Source: Bdellovibrionota bacterium (GTDB taxonomy: Bacteria > Bdellovibrionota_C > UBA2361 > JBGSMV01). From it: a stretch of 28,232 nucleotides of DNA. Positions 8,103 through 17,051 of this stretch are shown here, one piece after another. The stretch is from positions 1 to 28,232 of the forward strand of contig JBIKWF010000054.1 of the NCBI GenBank assembly GCA_044356455.1, written 5' to 3'. Positions within the stretch are counted from its first letter, which is position 1. Each line of letters begins with the position of its first letter. The translations under genes and the position numbers were made by a program. Below the pieces are notes generated by a model. That model was given only the letters and a program-made list of their open reading frames with translations. It was not told the DNA's origin and ran no database searches.

Positions 8103-9314
8103 ATGAGCCTTAAAATAATCTTCGTAGATCTAAATAGTTACTTCGCTTCGGTCGAACAAGCCGAGCGCCCAGAGCTCATGGGCAAACCCGTAGCAGTCGT
8201 GCCGATGATGGCCGAAACCACCTGCTGTCTTGCGGCAAGCTACCCTGCCAAGGCTACGGGTATTCGGACGGGTACCCTTGTTAAGGACGCGCGAAAGCTT
8301 TGCCCCAACATAGTTTTCGTAGAGGCAGATCACAAAAAATACGTTCACTACCACCATAAAATTATTGCTGCCGTAGAAAAATGCTTTCCTGTGTGGAAAG
8401 TCTTTTCAATCGACGAAATGGCAATTCAACTCTTTGGCAGGGAACAGTCCTTAGAATTTGCCCGGGAAAAAGCGCTTGAGATAAAGGGGCGCATTCAAGA
8501 AATTAATACCGCACTCACCTGCTCTATCGGAATCGCCCCGAATCGCTATCTCGCAAAGATCGCAAGCGATATGCAAAAGCCCAATGGGCTAGTGATTATC
8601 CAACCTCACGAGCTTCCCGAACGTCTTTTAAACCTTCACCTTCGAGATTTTCCTGGAATTGGGCCTCGTATGGAGGAGCGGTTAGTAGAGAAAAAATGCA
8701 GCAACGTAAGACTTCTCTTACAAAAAACGCCGTCAGAAATGCGAGAGTTATGGGGAGGGAAACATGGAGAAGATTTTTGGAAATTGATAAGGGGGCATGA
8801 ACTCGAAGAGAAAGACTCACCCTGCGCGAGCATCGGACACTCGCGAGTTCTCAGCCCAAACTCCCGAACTTCTCAGTCCGCGTGGTCGCATCTCGTTGCA
8901 CTCCTGAGCAAAGCTGCCATGCGCCTCCGAGAGGCGGAGTATTTTACTCGCTCTTTGCAACTCAGCCTGAAATTTCTCGGCTCCTCTTCCGAGAATAGTC
9001 ATTGGGACCAAAGAGTTCGCTTTCCTGAAACCCAAGACACGACTTTTCTTCTGAAGAAACTTTCAGAGCTCTGGGCGTCGGCTCCCCAAAATAGAATCCT
9101 TCGAATTGGTGTCGCTCTCAGCGCATTTGTACCCGCTCATAAACACCAGCTTTCTTTATTCGAAGACAACAGGAAGGCGCTACTCATGAGTGCCTTCGAC
9201 AAGCTTAATAAAAAATATCGCAAGAACCTGGTGGTCATCGCAGAGAGCTCAGAATTGGAGCGCGCTCGCGAAGCCCCTATCGCATTTGGGCATATTCCGG
9301 CTGAGTTTGAGTAA
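8103..9314 (+). CDS. dinB: Y-family DNA polymerase IV
   Basis: FVDLNSYFASVE, SIDE catalytic motif, AKIASDMQKPNG and the QLSLF clamp-binding motif. Confidence 0.93.
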   Translation: MSLKIIFVDLNSYFASVEQAERPELMGKPVAVVPMMAETTCCLAASYPAKATGIRTGTLVKDARKLCPNIVFVEADHKKYVHYHHKIIAAVEKCFPVWKVFSIDEMAIQLFGREQSLEFAREKALEIKGRIQEINTALTCSIGIAPNRYLAKIASDMQKPNGLVIIQPHELPERLLNLHLRDFPGIGPRMEERLVEKKCSNVRLLLQKTPSEMRELWGGKHGEDFWKLIRGHELEEKDSPCASIGHSRVLSPNSRTSQSAWSHLVALLSKAAMRLREAEYFTRSLQLSLKFLGSSSENSHWDQRVRFPETQDTTFLLKKLSELWASAPQNRILRIGVALSAFVPAHKHQLSLFEDNRKALLMSAFDKLNKKYRKNLVVIAESSELERAREAPIAFGHIPAEFE

Positions 9315-9340
9315 CCATGAAAATTCGGGTGAAGAAGTTC

Positions 9341-9359
9341 GCCACCGAGGACACGGAGG
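9341..9359. repeat. Single REP-like tandem-9-mer half-copy
   Basis: GCCACCGAGGACACGGAGG, between the convergent dinB and NTase genes. Confidence 0.45.
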
Positions 9360-9473
9360 TGAGCTTTTCATAGGTTTGCCGAATCGCAGCGATTACTTGT
9401 CCTTCTTGGCCTGCCCCATCGCGGGCCCCTGCTCCTTGAGAACACTACGCAGGCTCCAACTCGCCACTACCTG

Positions 9474-10124
9474 CTAAGGGAACGGCTTTTTCAGGATCTT
9501 CTTCTCCTTTGCAAGGACACGAAGCGCCCGAGGAGCTTCTTTCAGGTTTTCCTTCGGCAGAGGAAGATTTAATCTCTGCATCTGCTCAATCAAATAATTT
9601 AAATCCAGCTCAACCTTTGAGTCCGGATCTGCGTGCGACTCAAAAATTGAATTGATATCATCTTTGTCCTTTAACCTACCCGCAAATAGTTTTGCTAAGA
9701 TCACATCCTCAGCCGTAAGCGTGGGGACCGGCCCCACGCCGTGGCCGAAGTCAAAATGATTTGATTGTGCTCGCTTAATAGCCTGCTGAAACCATGGGAA
9801 AGGTGGCAGAAGTAAATCAACCCCCTCTTTCTCTTTGCCCTTTCGGCCAACCAGAATGAAGACCTCGGCAGACCTTTTGTTCATTCCTGGAATACTTTTT
9901 AAATCGAAAAGAGTGGTTTCTCTTCCCTCAAGTCCTAATTGTTTAAGAAGCTCTTTGCCTTTTTCTTTTTCAAGTCCGTCTGTGAAGAACAAAAAATCAA
10001 TGTCTCCAGTTCCCCTAATTTGAGAGCGATATAAATCGGCTGCGAATCCTCCACCAACCGCAAACTTACATTCAAGCTTCGAAAGCTCACCAATGGCGGA
10101 TACGAACAGCGCTCCTAAACTCAT
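9474..10124 (-). CDS. Pol-beta-superfamily nucleotidyltransferase (AbiEii/DUF6036-like), candidate toxin
   Basis: AVGGGFA...RGTGDIDF (GG-x-A...R-x-T-x-D-x-D) and C-terminal EDVILAKLFAGRLKDKDDI. The start overlaps the upstream HTH stop (ATGA). Confidence 0.75.
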   Translation of the reverse strand: MSLGALFVSAIGELSKLECKFAVGGGFAADLYRSQIRGTGDIDFLFFTDGLEKEKGKELLKQLGLEGRETTLFDLKSIPGMNKRSAEVFILVGRKGKEKEGVDLLLPPFPWFQQAIKRAQSNHFDFGHGVGPVPTLTAEDVILAKLFAGRLKDKDDINSIFESHADPDSKVELDLNYLIEQMQRLNLPLPKENLKEAPRALRVLAKEKKILKKPFP

Positions 10125-10492
10125 GGCCTAAACGTGTTTTTTGCGTGTTTAATCATTCTCGAACGCTCTTCAAGTCTATCAATTAGATCTATTGAGCGAT
10201 CTTTAAGGGCGTCTGCTTTGGCTTTAATTTCGAACGGCTCCACTGCATCTAAAATACTAGCTACAAGCTTTGAAACTTCCAAATTCGAAATATGGTAATA
10301 AATTTTTCGGCCTCCCTTTTTTTTCGAGATTACTTTTTCCTTCAGAAGAAATTTGATTGCTCGTTGAACATTATTAAGCACCACGTTCGATCGATAAGAA
10401 ATTTCTCTCACTGAAACTGCAGACGGAGATCGATGGAGAGTCCTAAGCACTTCGAATCTACTTTGTGGATATATAATGTCCTCTGGGTTCAT
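10121..10492 (-). CDS. Winged-helix (ArsR/MarR-like) DNA-binding protein, candidate antitoxin/regulator
   Basis: RFEVLRTL...SVREISYRSNVVLNNVQRAIKFL...GRKIYYHI. Start placed at 10492 because a promoter lies within the longer ORF-track extension. Confidence 0.75.
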   Translation of the reverse strand: MNPEDIIYPQSRFEVLRTLHRSPSAVSVREISYRSNVVLNNVQRAIKFLLKEKVISKKKGGRKIYYHISNLEVSKLVASILDAVEPFEIKAKADALKDRSIDLIDRLEERSRMIKHAKNTFRP

Positions 10493-10501
10493 ATAGACAT
10501 A

Positions 10502-10530
10502 AGTGTACACATTTGAAGTCATTTATTCAA
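10502..10530 (-). promoter_or_regulatory. sigma70 promoter with overlapping palindrome, near-leaderless
   Basis: Minus strand reads TTGAAT-17 nt-TACACT-9 nt-ATG. Inverted repeat TTGAA-N8-TTCAA at 10513-10530. Confidence 0.6.
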
Positions 10531-10719
10531 GAATAATGCCGTAACCATATGATAATACCTGCAATTCTGCCGCGAATTTGCCCAGGAAGTTAGCTCTCCT
10601 CTCTGGCTTGAACCGCACCAAGGTTCGCTTTCGAGGACTTCCTAAAATTACCTGCCAGCTTCATATCCCTCTGTGCTTTGGGCTTGGAGGCAAGCGCTAT
10701 CGCATCTAAAGTGTGCAAC

Positions 10720-11685
10720 ATGTCGCCCCCTGCACCACTGGTAAGTATCATTCTCCCTAGCTACAACCATGCGAGGTTCCTTCCTAAGCGCCTGTCCTCA
10801 ATAGCAGCTCAAAGCTACCATCCCATTGAGATTATCATTTTGGACGATGCGTCAACCGATGGGAGCCAGTCTCACCTTAAGGGATTTGCGCAAACACACC
10901 CTGCAACCCTTCTTTTTAATGAATCGAATAGCGGCTCCCCCTTCGCCCAGTGGAATAAAGGGGCTAAGGTCGCCAAGGGTGAGCTCCTTTGGTTCGCAGA
11001 ATCCGATGATTATTGTGACTCAGCGTTTCTAGAGAAACTTGTCCCTTACTTTACCAAGGACCCTGCAGTGGGACTTGCCTATTGCCGCTCTTGGCGGGTA
11101 TCGGAGACTGACGAAAAGCTAGACCTTGTACCGGCAAAGGAAGCCGGCTCAAACTCTTCGAAGTTTGATCACCATTTCCTTGGAACAGGCCCCGAGGAAA
11201 TACGTTCGCATCTATCCGTTCAATCAAGCATTCCAAACGCAAGTGGGGTCCTCGTGAAACGAGATCTCTTCCTTGCCGCTGGAGGAGCCCCTACGCACAT
11301 GAAGCTTTGCGGCGACTGGCTCGTCTGGCTCAAAGTTTTAAGCACCTCAAAGCTTGCCTATCATGCTGAGCCACTGAACTTCTTCCGAGCTCCGCATGCT
11401 AAATCTCAGCGGCAGACCTATCAAAAGCAATCCGCTCGTATTCGAGAATGGGTTGAAGTTCAGAACTATCTTACCGCACAGGGCCTTATTGCTCGCGAAC
11501 AGAGGGAGCTCGCGAAAGACTACCTCGCGCAAATGACGCTTGAGGCAGCCCTCTACTGGGCCTTTCGCGGGCGCTTCTTCTCCGCCCTTGGTTGTTATAG
11601 AGAAACGCTCGCCTTTGACTCGCTTTGTTTTCCCCGTGGAGTGTGGGCCGCCTTCAAGAAAAGTTTTTCAGGACGAGTCCAATGA
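10720..11685 (+). CDS. Glycosyltransferase family 2
   Basis: LVSIILPSYNH, ILDDASTDGS, AESDD, CGDW motifs. ATG 10720 preferred over TTG 10678. Confidence 0.9.
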   Translation: MSPPAPLVSIILPSYNHARFLPKRLSSIAAQSYHPIEIIILDDASTDGSQSHLKGFAQTHPATLLFNESNSGSPFAQWNKGAKVAKGELLWFAESDDYCDSAFLEKLVPYFTKDPAVGLAYCRSWRVSETDEKLDLVPAKEAGSNSSKFDHHFLGTGPEEIRSHLSVQSSIPNASGVLVKRDLFLAAGGAPTHMKLCGDWLVWLKVLSTSKLAYHAEPLNFFRAPHAKSQRQTYQKQSARIREWVEVQNYLTAQGLIAREQRELAKDYLAQMTLEAALYWAFRGRFFSALGCYRETLAFDSLCFPRGVWAAFKKSFSGRVQ

Positions 11686-12794
11686 CAGGCGCTCCCTCCC
11701 AAGGCCGGGTAGTCTTCTTCCTTGAGGGGAAAGACGTGCCCTCGACACGGTATCGCATTGAGCAGTACGAAGGAGTCCTCATCGAAATGGGCGTCCCCTT
11801 CACTAAGTGTTATTCATGGCCGGCCAAATTCAGCCACTACCCGCGCTCACTAGCAGGTTCGCCGCTACGCTACGTGGTCGGAGCAGCGGCCACGCTCCTG
11901 ATGGTTCTTACGCGTCTTGCTCAAGCAGCGCGCTGGGTTCCTGGAGCCTCTGTTATAGTCTTTCAACGTGACCTGCTCCACGGGGTGCGGTCTGCCTTTC
12001 TTGAAAGAGGCATTGCCTTCTGGACTCGCCTCACTGCTCCACATGCGCGCATCGTTTTTGATGTAGACGACGCTATCTTTCTGGATCGCCGCACGACTAG
12101 AAACGCCGGGACGGAAAAGAAGGTCGCCGCGATTGCCGCTTTATCTACTACCATTATCGCTGGCAATAAGTTTCTTGCGGAGCATTTTCAGACTCAAGCA
12201 ACTACTTTGATTCCCACGATTCTCGATCTCGCTAAGTATCCTTGTAAGAGTCCGCAACGATTTTCTTCAAAAGAGCCCCCTCTCGTTCTTGGATGGACCG
12301 GATCTCGGTCGACTTCGGCGTATCTTGAGCTTATCGCGAGGCCTCTCGCTCAGTTTATCGGAGAAACGAGCTCGCGCCTTATTGTTGTAAGCGAAGAAGA
12401 TACCAAACTTCCTGCCCTTGTTCCAAACGCACGCGTAGTTCCTTGGTCGCGAGAATCTGAGATTCAAACTCTTCTTGAGTTCGACGTGGGGCTCATGCCG
12501 CTTCCTGACGACAAGTGGTCACGCGGCAAGTGCGGCCTCAAGTTGCTCCAGTATGGTGCAGTTGGGATCCCTGCCATTGCCTCCCCGGTAGGGGTAAACC
12601 CTTTGATTATAGTTCAAGGCGAAACTGGCTTCCTGGCCTCTACGGAAGAAGATTGGTATCGACTCCTCAAGCAATTGCACGAGGAGCGCGAAAGACTATC
12701 CACCATGGGAGCCTCGGCCCGTAAGCATATTGAGGACAATTATTCCCTTGAGGTTTACGCAAATCGCTGGCTGGAGGCGCTGCTCGGGAAGTAG
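11682..12794 (+). CDS. Glycosyltransferase family 4 (GT-B)
   Basis: FDVDDAIF, GWTGS, DVGLMPLPDDKWSRGKCGLKLLQY, ASPVGVN. ATGA overlap with the GT2 stop. Confidence 0.9.
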   Translation: MTGAPSQGRVVFFLEGKDVPSTRYRIEQYEGVLIEMGVPFTKCYSWPAKFSHYPRSLAGSPLRYVVGAAATLLMVLTRLAQAARWVPGASVIVFQRDLLHGVRSAFLERGIAFWTRLTAPHARIVFDVDDAIFLDRRTTRNAGTEKKVAAIAALSTTIIAGNKFLAEHFQTQATTLIPTILDLAKYPCKSPQRFSSKEPPLVLGWTGSRSTSAYLELIARPLAQFIGETSSRLIVVSEEDTKLPALVPNARVVPWSRESEIQTLLEFDVGLMPLPDDKWSRGKCGLKLLQYGAVGIPAIASPVGVNPLIIVQGETGFLASTEEDWYRLLKQLHEERERLSTMGASARKHIEDNYSLEVYANRWLEALLGK

Positions 12795-12808
12795 CATCCA
12801 GTTACAAG

Positions 12809-14437
12809 TTAGGGAAAGTACTGCTTCTGCAGCGACCAAATGATGCGTCCGACTTTCCGCCTCACACCGCTTGGGATGAGATAGCGTAGTCTAAACACGG
12901 GGTGGTCGCAGCGCTCACATGCGACAAGAATGCTCCGAGAAATCGCCTTAAGGCGATTCTGCAGCGTGGCAGGAAGCGCAGAGTAGAGCCCTCTTACAAG
13001 GGCACGAACTTTCTCGCTAACAGCTGCCAGTATCGACGCACGCCCTGCGACGAGCGCGGAGAGCTCGGCTATTCGTCTATCTTTCTCACGCACCAGCTCT
13101 TTATAGAAATTCAGCTCGGCCTGTGAAATCAATCGAGCGTTCGCTTGGTCAAGCGAGTGTTTGCGATATTCAAGCAGAGGAAGCGGAGCCCTCTTTGCCT
13201 CCCAGCCCGCCTCTACCATGCGAAGGAAAAGATTATGATCTTCAGCCTGACTGGTATCGAGATAACCGCCTATTTGCTGAAAAGCCTCTCGTCTAAACAG
13301 GGAAGAGCCATGAATAAAATTACCCTTTCGAAGCGAAGCGACACCACCTCGCGTAAACTCTGGGAAATGAACCAAATAGTACACACCCTCTACTACCGCG
13401 CCCCTTCGATCTGCGGGAACTTGGTCATGCTCAAGGGGAGCCAAGGGTCCAAACATGGCGTAATCGGTATACGCCACCGCGCAGCGTTCATGGGAGTCAA
13501 GAATAGCGGAGGTTTTTTCGATAAAGTCTGAGCGAAATCGATTATCCGCTCCAAGAAAACATACATAATCGGTTCCAATCGCCGCGACCGCCTGATTAAA
13601 GTTCGCAACAATTCCAAGGTTCTTCTCATTACGCCGATATACAATCTTACCTGGGTACTTCTGTGCATAGTACGTCCCGACCTCTGGGGTTGTGTCGGGC
13701 GAGCAGTCGTCGGCAATTAAAATTCTATCAACGGGCCTTGTTTGACGAAGGGCGGACTCAATCGCCTCAGGAAGAAAGTGCCCATATTTATATGAAGGAA
13801 TGATGATACCAAGAGACGCTTTTTTGAAACTCGAGGAATTCACCACCTTTATGCGATTAAAGGCGTAGGGATCAGTGTCAGAGCCCTGGACGCAGCTCAC
13901 CGCTCCCGCAAACTTCTGCCGCGCAAGCTCCTTGACCTCTCCAGTAAACTCTCCGTGTGGATACGCGAACCAGCGAAATCCTCGCGGATCAAGCGAAAGG
14001 AGATGTTCAGGCACGCTGAGCTCATTGAGGAGCCGCGTTCGGTCAGAGACCAAAGGAAGATGGGGATGTGATCGCGTGTGCCACTGAAGACGCCCCCCTA
14101 AGGCCACAAGCTTTCGGAGCTCCTGCTCCGTGGTAAAAATCGCTTCCGGCTCGCCGCTCCCTGCGTCGAATTCATTATTTTTACCGAGCACATCGGAAGT
14201 AATAAAAAGTTCGAAGGGATAACCAAAGCGCTTTAAAAGAGGGGCGGCATACTGCAAAATGTTCTGATACACGCCGTCAAAGGTAATGACACAGTGCTGT
14301 GAATTGCTCGCATCATAGTCATCAAGAGTTACTACCTTGTATGATTGGAGCTCACAGAGCTGCCGGTAGAATGCATCGACACTTACCCACCACTCGGTCG
14401 GAGTCGTAGGCGCCACCTTGTGATACATCAAAATCAT
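12809..14437 (-). CDS. Polysaccharide deacetylase (NodB/CE4-like) fused to GT2 glycosyltransferase
   Basis: N-terminal ILMYHKV, ITFDG, HTRSH, FAYPHG; C-terminal IIIPSYKYG, ADDCSPD, GADN, AEDH. Confidence 0.88.
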   Translation of the reverse strand: MILMYHKVAPTTPTEWWVSVDAFYRQLCELQSYKVVTLDDYDASNSQHCVITFDGVYQNILQYAAPLLKRFGYPFELFITSDVLGKNNEFDAGSGEPEAIFTTEQELRKLVALGGRLQWHTRSHPHLPLVSDRTRLLNELSVPEHLLSLDPRGFRWFAYPHGEFTGEVKELARQKFAGAVSCVQGSDTDPYAFNRIKVVNSSSFKKASLGIIIPSYKYGHFLPEAIESALRQTRPVDRILIADDCSPDTTPEVGTYYAQKYPGKIVYRRNEKNLGIVANFNQAVAAIGTDYVCFLGADNRFRSDFIEKTSAILDSHERCAVAYTDYAMFGPLAPLEHDQVPADRRGAVVEGVYYLVHFPEFTRGGVASLRKGNFIHGSSLFRREAFQQIGGYLDTSQAEDHNLFLRMVEAGWEAKRAPLPLLEYRKHSLDQANARLISQAELNFYKELVREKDRRIAELSALVAGRASILAAVSEKVRALVRGLYSALPATLQNRLKAISRSILVACERCDHPVFRLRYLIPSGVRRKVGRIIWSLQKQYFP

Positions 14438-14976
14438 TTCGCGTATACCTCAAGCGAATGCGTGTATTCTCGGTAATCGTAGAAAACGTTTTTAAGAAGA
14501 AGATAAGGGAATCTCGCCCGGTACCAAGACCCAATGTGAACTGAGATAAGAATCCCCCCGGGAGCCAAGGCCCTGTCGATAATGTCGTACACCATTGCGT
14601 GGGCCTCACCAATATACTGCGGGTAAAGAACTCCTGTAATTACGATTAAGTCATTCCCCTCACTCTGGCCCTCACGCGAGAGCACCTCGGAAAGATCGAA
14701 AAGAGAACCCTGCACAAAGCGCAACCTGGCACTGGCATGTTTTTGTGCATGCCTTACTGCCTGCTCGGCAATATCAACGCCAAGCACTCGCTCTCCGGGC
14801 AAGTCTCTGGTGACAAACCCTTGTCCGCACCCTATATCGACCACCGATCGATAGGCGCGGCGCGGAATTTCGCTGAGCAACATCGCCTTGCGGCGTTTAT
14901 CGTGCTCATTATCCTCGTAGCCCCAGGGATCTGCTGTAGTATGGAATTGCTCAAGTTCCTCTCGGCTCTGTACCAT
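14434..14976 (-). CDS. NodS-like class I SAM-dependent methyltransferase
   Basis: ADPWGYE N-terminal motif, VDIGCGQG SAM motif, LAPGGILISVH. The stop overlaps the deacetylase-GT2 start. Confidence 0.85.
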   Translation of the reverse strand: MVQSREELEQFHTTADPWGYEDNEHDKRRKAMLLSEIPRRAYRSVVDIGCGQGFVTRDLPGERVLGVDIAEQAVRHAQKHASARLRFVQGSLFDLSEVLSREGQSEGNDLIVITGVLYPQYIGEAHAMVYDIIDRALAPGGILISVHIGSWYRARFPYLLLKNVFYDYREYTHSLEVYAK

Positions 14977-15022
14977 AGGGCCACGATAACGAAGCCGGTA
15001 GACACTGGAAAGGAGGCTGTTC

Positions 15023-16801
15023 GTGCTTAAGAAGACTTTGCGCCTATCGGGCGCCTATAAGGGGATCTGGGGGAGCGCAAAGCCACTCGCCCTGCGCGGC
15101 GTCCTGCTTGCAACCCTCGCCGGACTCCTCGAGGGCACAGCCCTACTCGCGCTGATTCCTCTCATCAATCAACTTTCGCACACCAATCAAGCAGGCATTA
15201 TCCCTTTTCTGACACTCGAGGTAGACACGACAACCTTGGTGCTAGGAAGCACCGCTCTCTTTCTCTTCTTAGGTGTCCTCTATGCTATCTCCTACGCCGC
15301 CTCCCAGAACGCCTTTGCGCGCACCGAATTCCTGATAGTCGAAGGACTGCTCTCACGAACGATTCAGGCGCTCTTCCAGGCCCCCTGGCCAGCGTTTCTT
15401 ACCCTGAGAGCGGGAGAACTTGAGAAAGCGGTCCTCCTTGAGTCTCAGCGCATCGCCTTCGGAGCTCGCCAGCTTATCTCGGCAATATCGTACGGCTGCG
15501 TCGCCCTGCTCATGCTCTGCATCTGCGCGTTGATTTCTCTTCCCATGACGCTGGCGACACTGCTCATCGCGGCCCTTGGAACGTTACTTTACTTTCGACT
15601 TGGCAAGTCTCTTCAGCAAAAGACCTCAGAGTTAAAGCTTCACGAGAACGAGCTCGCGGAGAGCCTAGGAGAGGTATTTCAGAACTTTAAATTCTTTAAA
15701 TTCTGGGATCTCAATGGCCAGTCGCAGCGTGCTCTTCAGAGCGACATCAAGCGCTACGCGAGTATGCATGTGGGAATGCACCGCGAGCTCAATCGCGTAC
15801 GCATGCTTGCTGAATGTGCCATTCTTCTCGTGCTCGCTCTTTTTCTGCTGGCTGCTCTCCTTTGGCTCAAACTTGCTCCAGGAGTCATGCTTGTTTTTCT
15901 AGCGATATTCTATCGCCTTGCACCCCGTCTTCTTTCTATGAATTCACTCCTGGTAGCCTCCGAAGTGGAGCTGCGTTTTCTTGATGAATGGAATGCCCGT
16001 ATTGCGCGTCTTGGCGGTCACCACCCAGCGAACTCCGAGCCAGACTCCCTAGGCCTCGCTCCCCAAGGGGAACTCCACGTAAGAAACCTTGCGGTGCATG
16101 CCCCCGCAACGTCCACACCCATTCTCTCAGACGTCTCATTTAGTGTGCCAAAGGGGGGAATGCTTGCGATTGTGGGAGAGTCCGGAGCCGGCAAGACATC
16201 TCTCCTCGATGCGCTATGCGGATTATTCCCTATCGCGAGCGGCGAAATCTTAGTGGGTTCCCAGCGCCTCAACTCTCACGAGCTCCTCGCCTGGGGAAAG
16301 GCCTCCTCTGTGGTTCTTCAAAACACGCCCGTCCTTGCAGGAACTGTCTTGCAGAACATTGCGTGGCAGGATGGCGCCCCAGACCTTGCCCGCGCAATGG
16401 ATGCGGCGCGAGAAGCACACGCAGTCCATTTCATCGAAAAACTCCCCGAGCAATGGCACACGGTACTCGGAAAAGGAGGCCGAGTGCTCTCAGGCGGCGA
16501 AACTCAGCGCCTTGGCTTAGCACGAGCCCTTTACCGCAACTCCGAAGTACTTCTGCTGGATGAACCTACCAGTTCACTAGATGCCGAAGCCGAAGACGCC
16601 ATTATTGAAGCCCTGCGAGAGCTGAAGGGGAAACGCACTATTATTCTGATTACCCATCGTCTTAAACTCGCCCAAATAGCCGATCAGCTGATTGCCCTCA
16701 GTTCAGGTCGCATAGTTGAGCAAGGTTCGTGGCAGGACCTGGCAAACCGCCCGGGGGGAGTAATTTTCGACTTAGCTCGCAGGCAGAAACTCTCGAGCTA
16801 A
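15023..16801 (+). CDS. ABC exporter, fused permease/ATPase (MsbA/PglK-like)
   Basis: N-terminal TM domain, Walker A GESGAGKT, signature LSGGE, Walker B LLLDEPT, H-loop ITHR. Confidence 0.92.
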   Translation: MLKKTLRLSGAYKGIWGSAKPLALRGVLLATLAGLLEGTALLALIPLINQLSHTNQAGIIPFLTLEVDTTTLVLGSTALFLFLGVLYAISYAASQNAFARTEFLIVEGLLSRTIQALFQAPWPAFLTLRAGELEKAVLLESQRIAFGARQLISAISYGCVALLMLCICALISLPMTLATLLIAALGTLLYFRLGKSLQQKTSELKLHENELAESLGEVFQNFKFFKFWDLNGQSQRALQSDIKRYASMHVGMHRELNRVRMLAECAILLVLALFLLAALLWLKLAPGVMLVFLAIFYRLAPRLLSMNSLLVASEVELRFLDEWNARIARLGGHHPANSEPDSLGLAPQGELHVRNLAVHAPATSTPILSDVSFSVPKGGMLAIVGESGAGKTSLLDALCGLFPIASGEILVGSQRLNSHELLAWGKASSVVLQNTPVLAGTVLQNIAWQDGAPDLARAMDAAREAHAVHFIEKLPEQWHTVLGKGGRVLSGGETQRLGLARALYRNSEVLLLDEPTSSLDAEAEDAIIEALRELKGKRTIILITHRLKLAQIADQLIALSSGRIVEQGSWQDLANRPGGVIFDLARRQKLSS

Positions 16802-17051
16802 GCCCACCTACAGGCCCCGCACCTACTGAACGTTTAAGTTTCTACCGGACACACGCTTAGATAGATTCAAGTGCCCGCAGAGAATAAAGGCCAATAATTT
16901 CGGGGCTTTCAGCCATCTACCGCGGCAGTCTTAACAGTGGTGGGGCCCCATTTGGATTCCCGTATGGCGATTGAGTTTTCAGCCGTAAGTACTGTATAAG
17001 ACTGCAAGAGTCCCTTCTCTTTGGATACTTTCTTTTTTGGAGTGAGTTTTT

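Noticed and set aside
8103..9314. ImuB / imuABC mutasome cassette
   Set aside because: Catalytic residues are intact and there is no adjacent imuA or dnaE2; this is an ordinary DinB-like polymerase.
12809..14976. True Nod-factor biosynthesis locus
   Set aside because: No NodA acyltransferase, and the GT2 lacks the processive NodC features.
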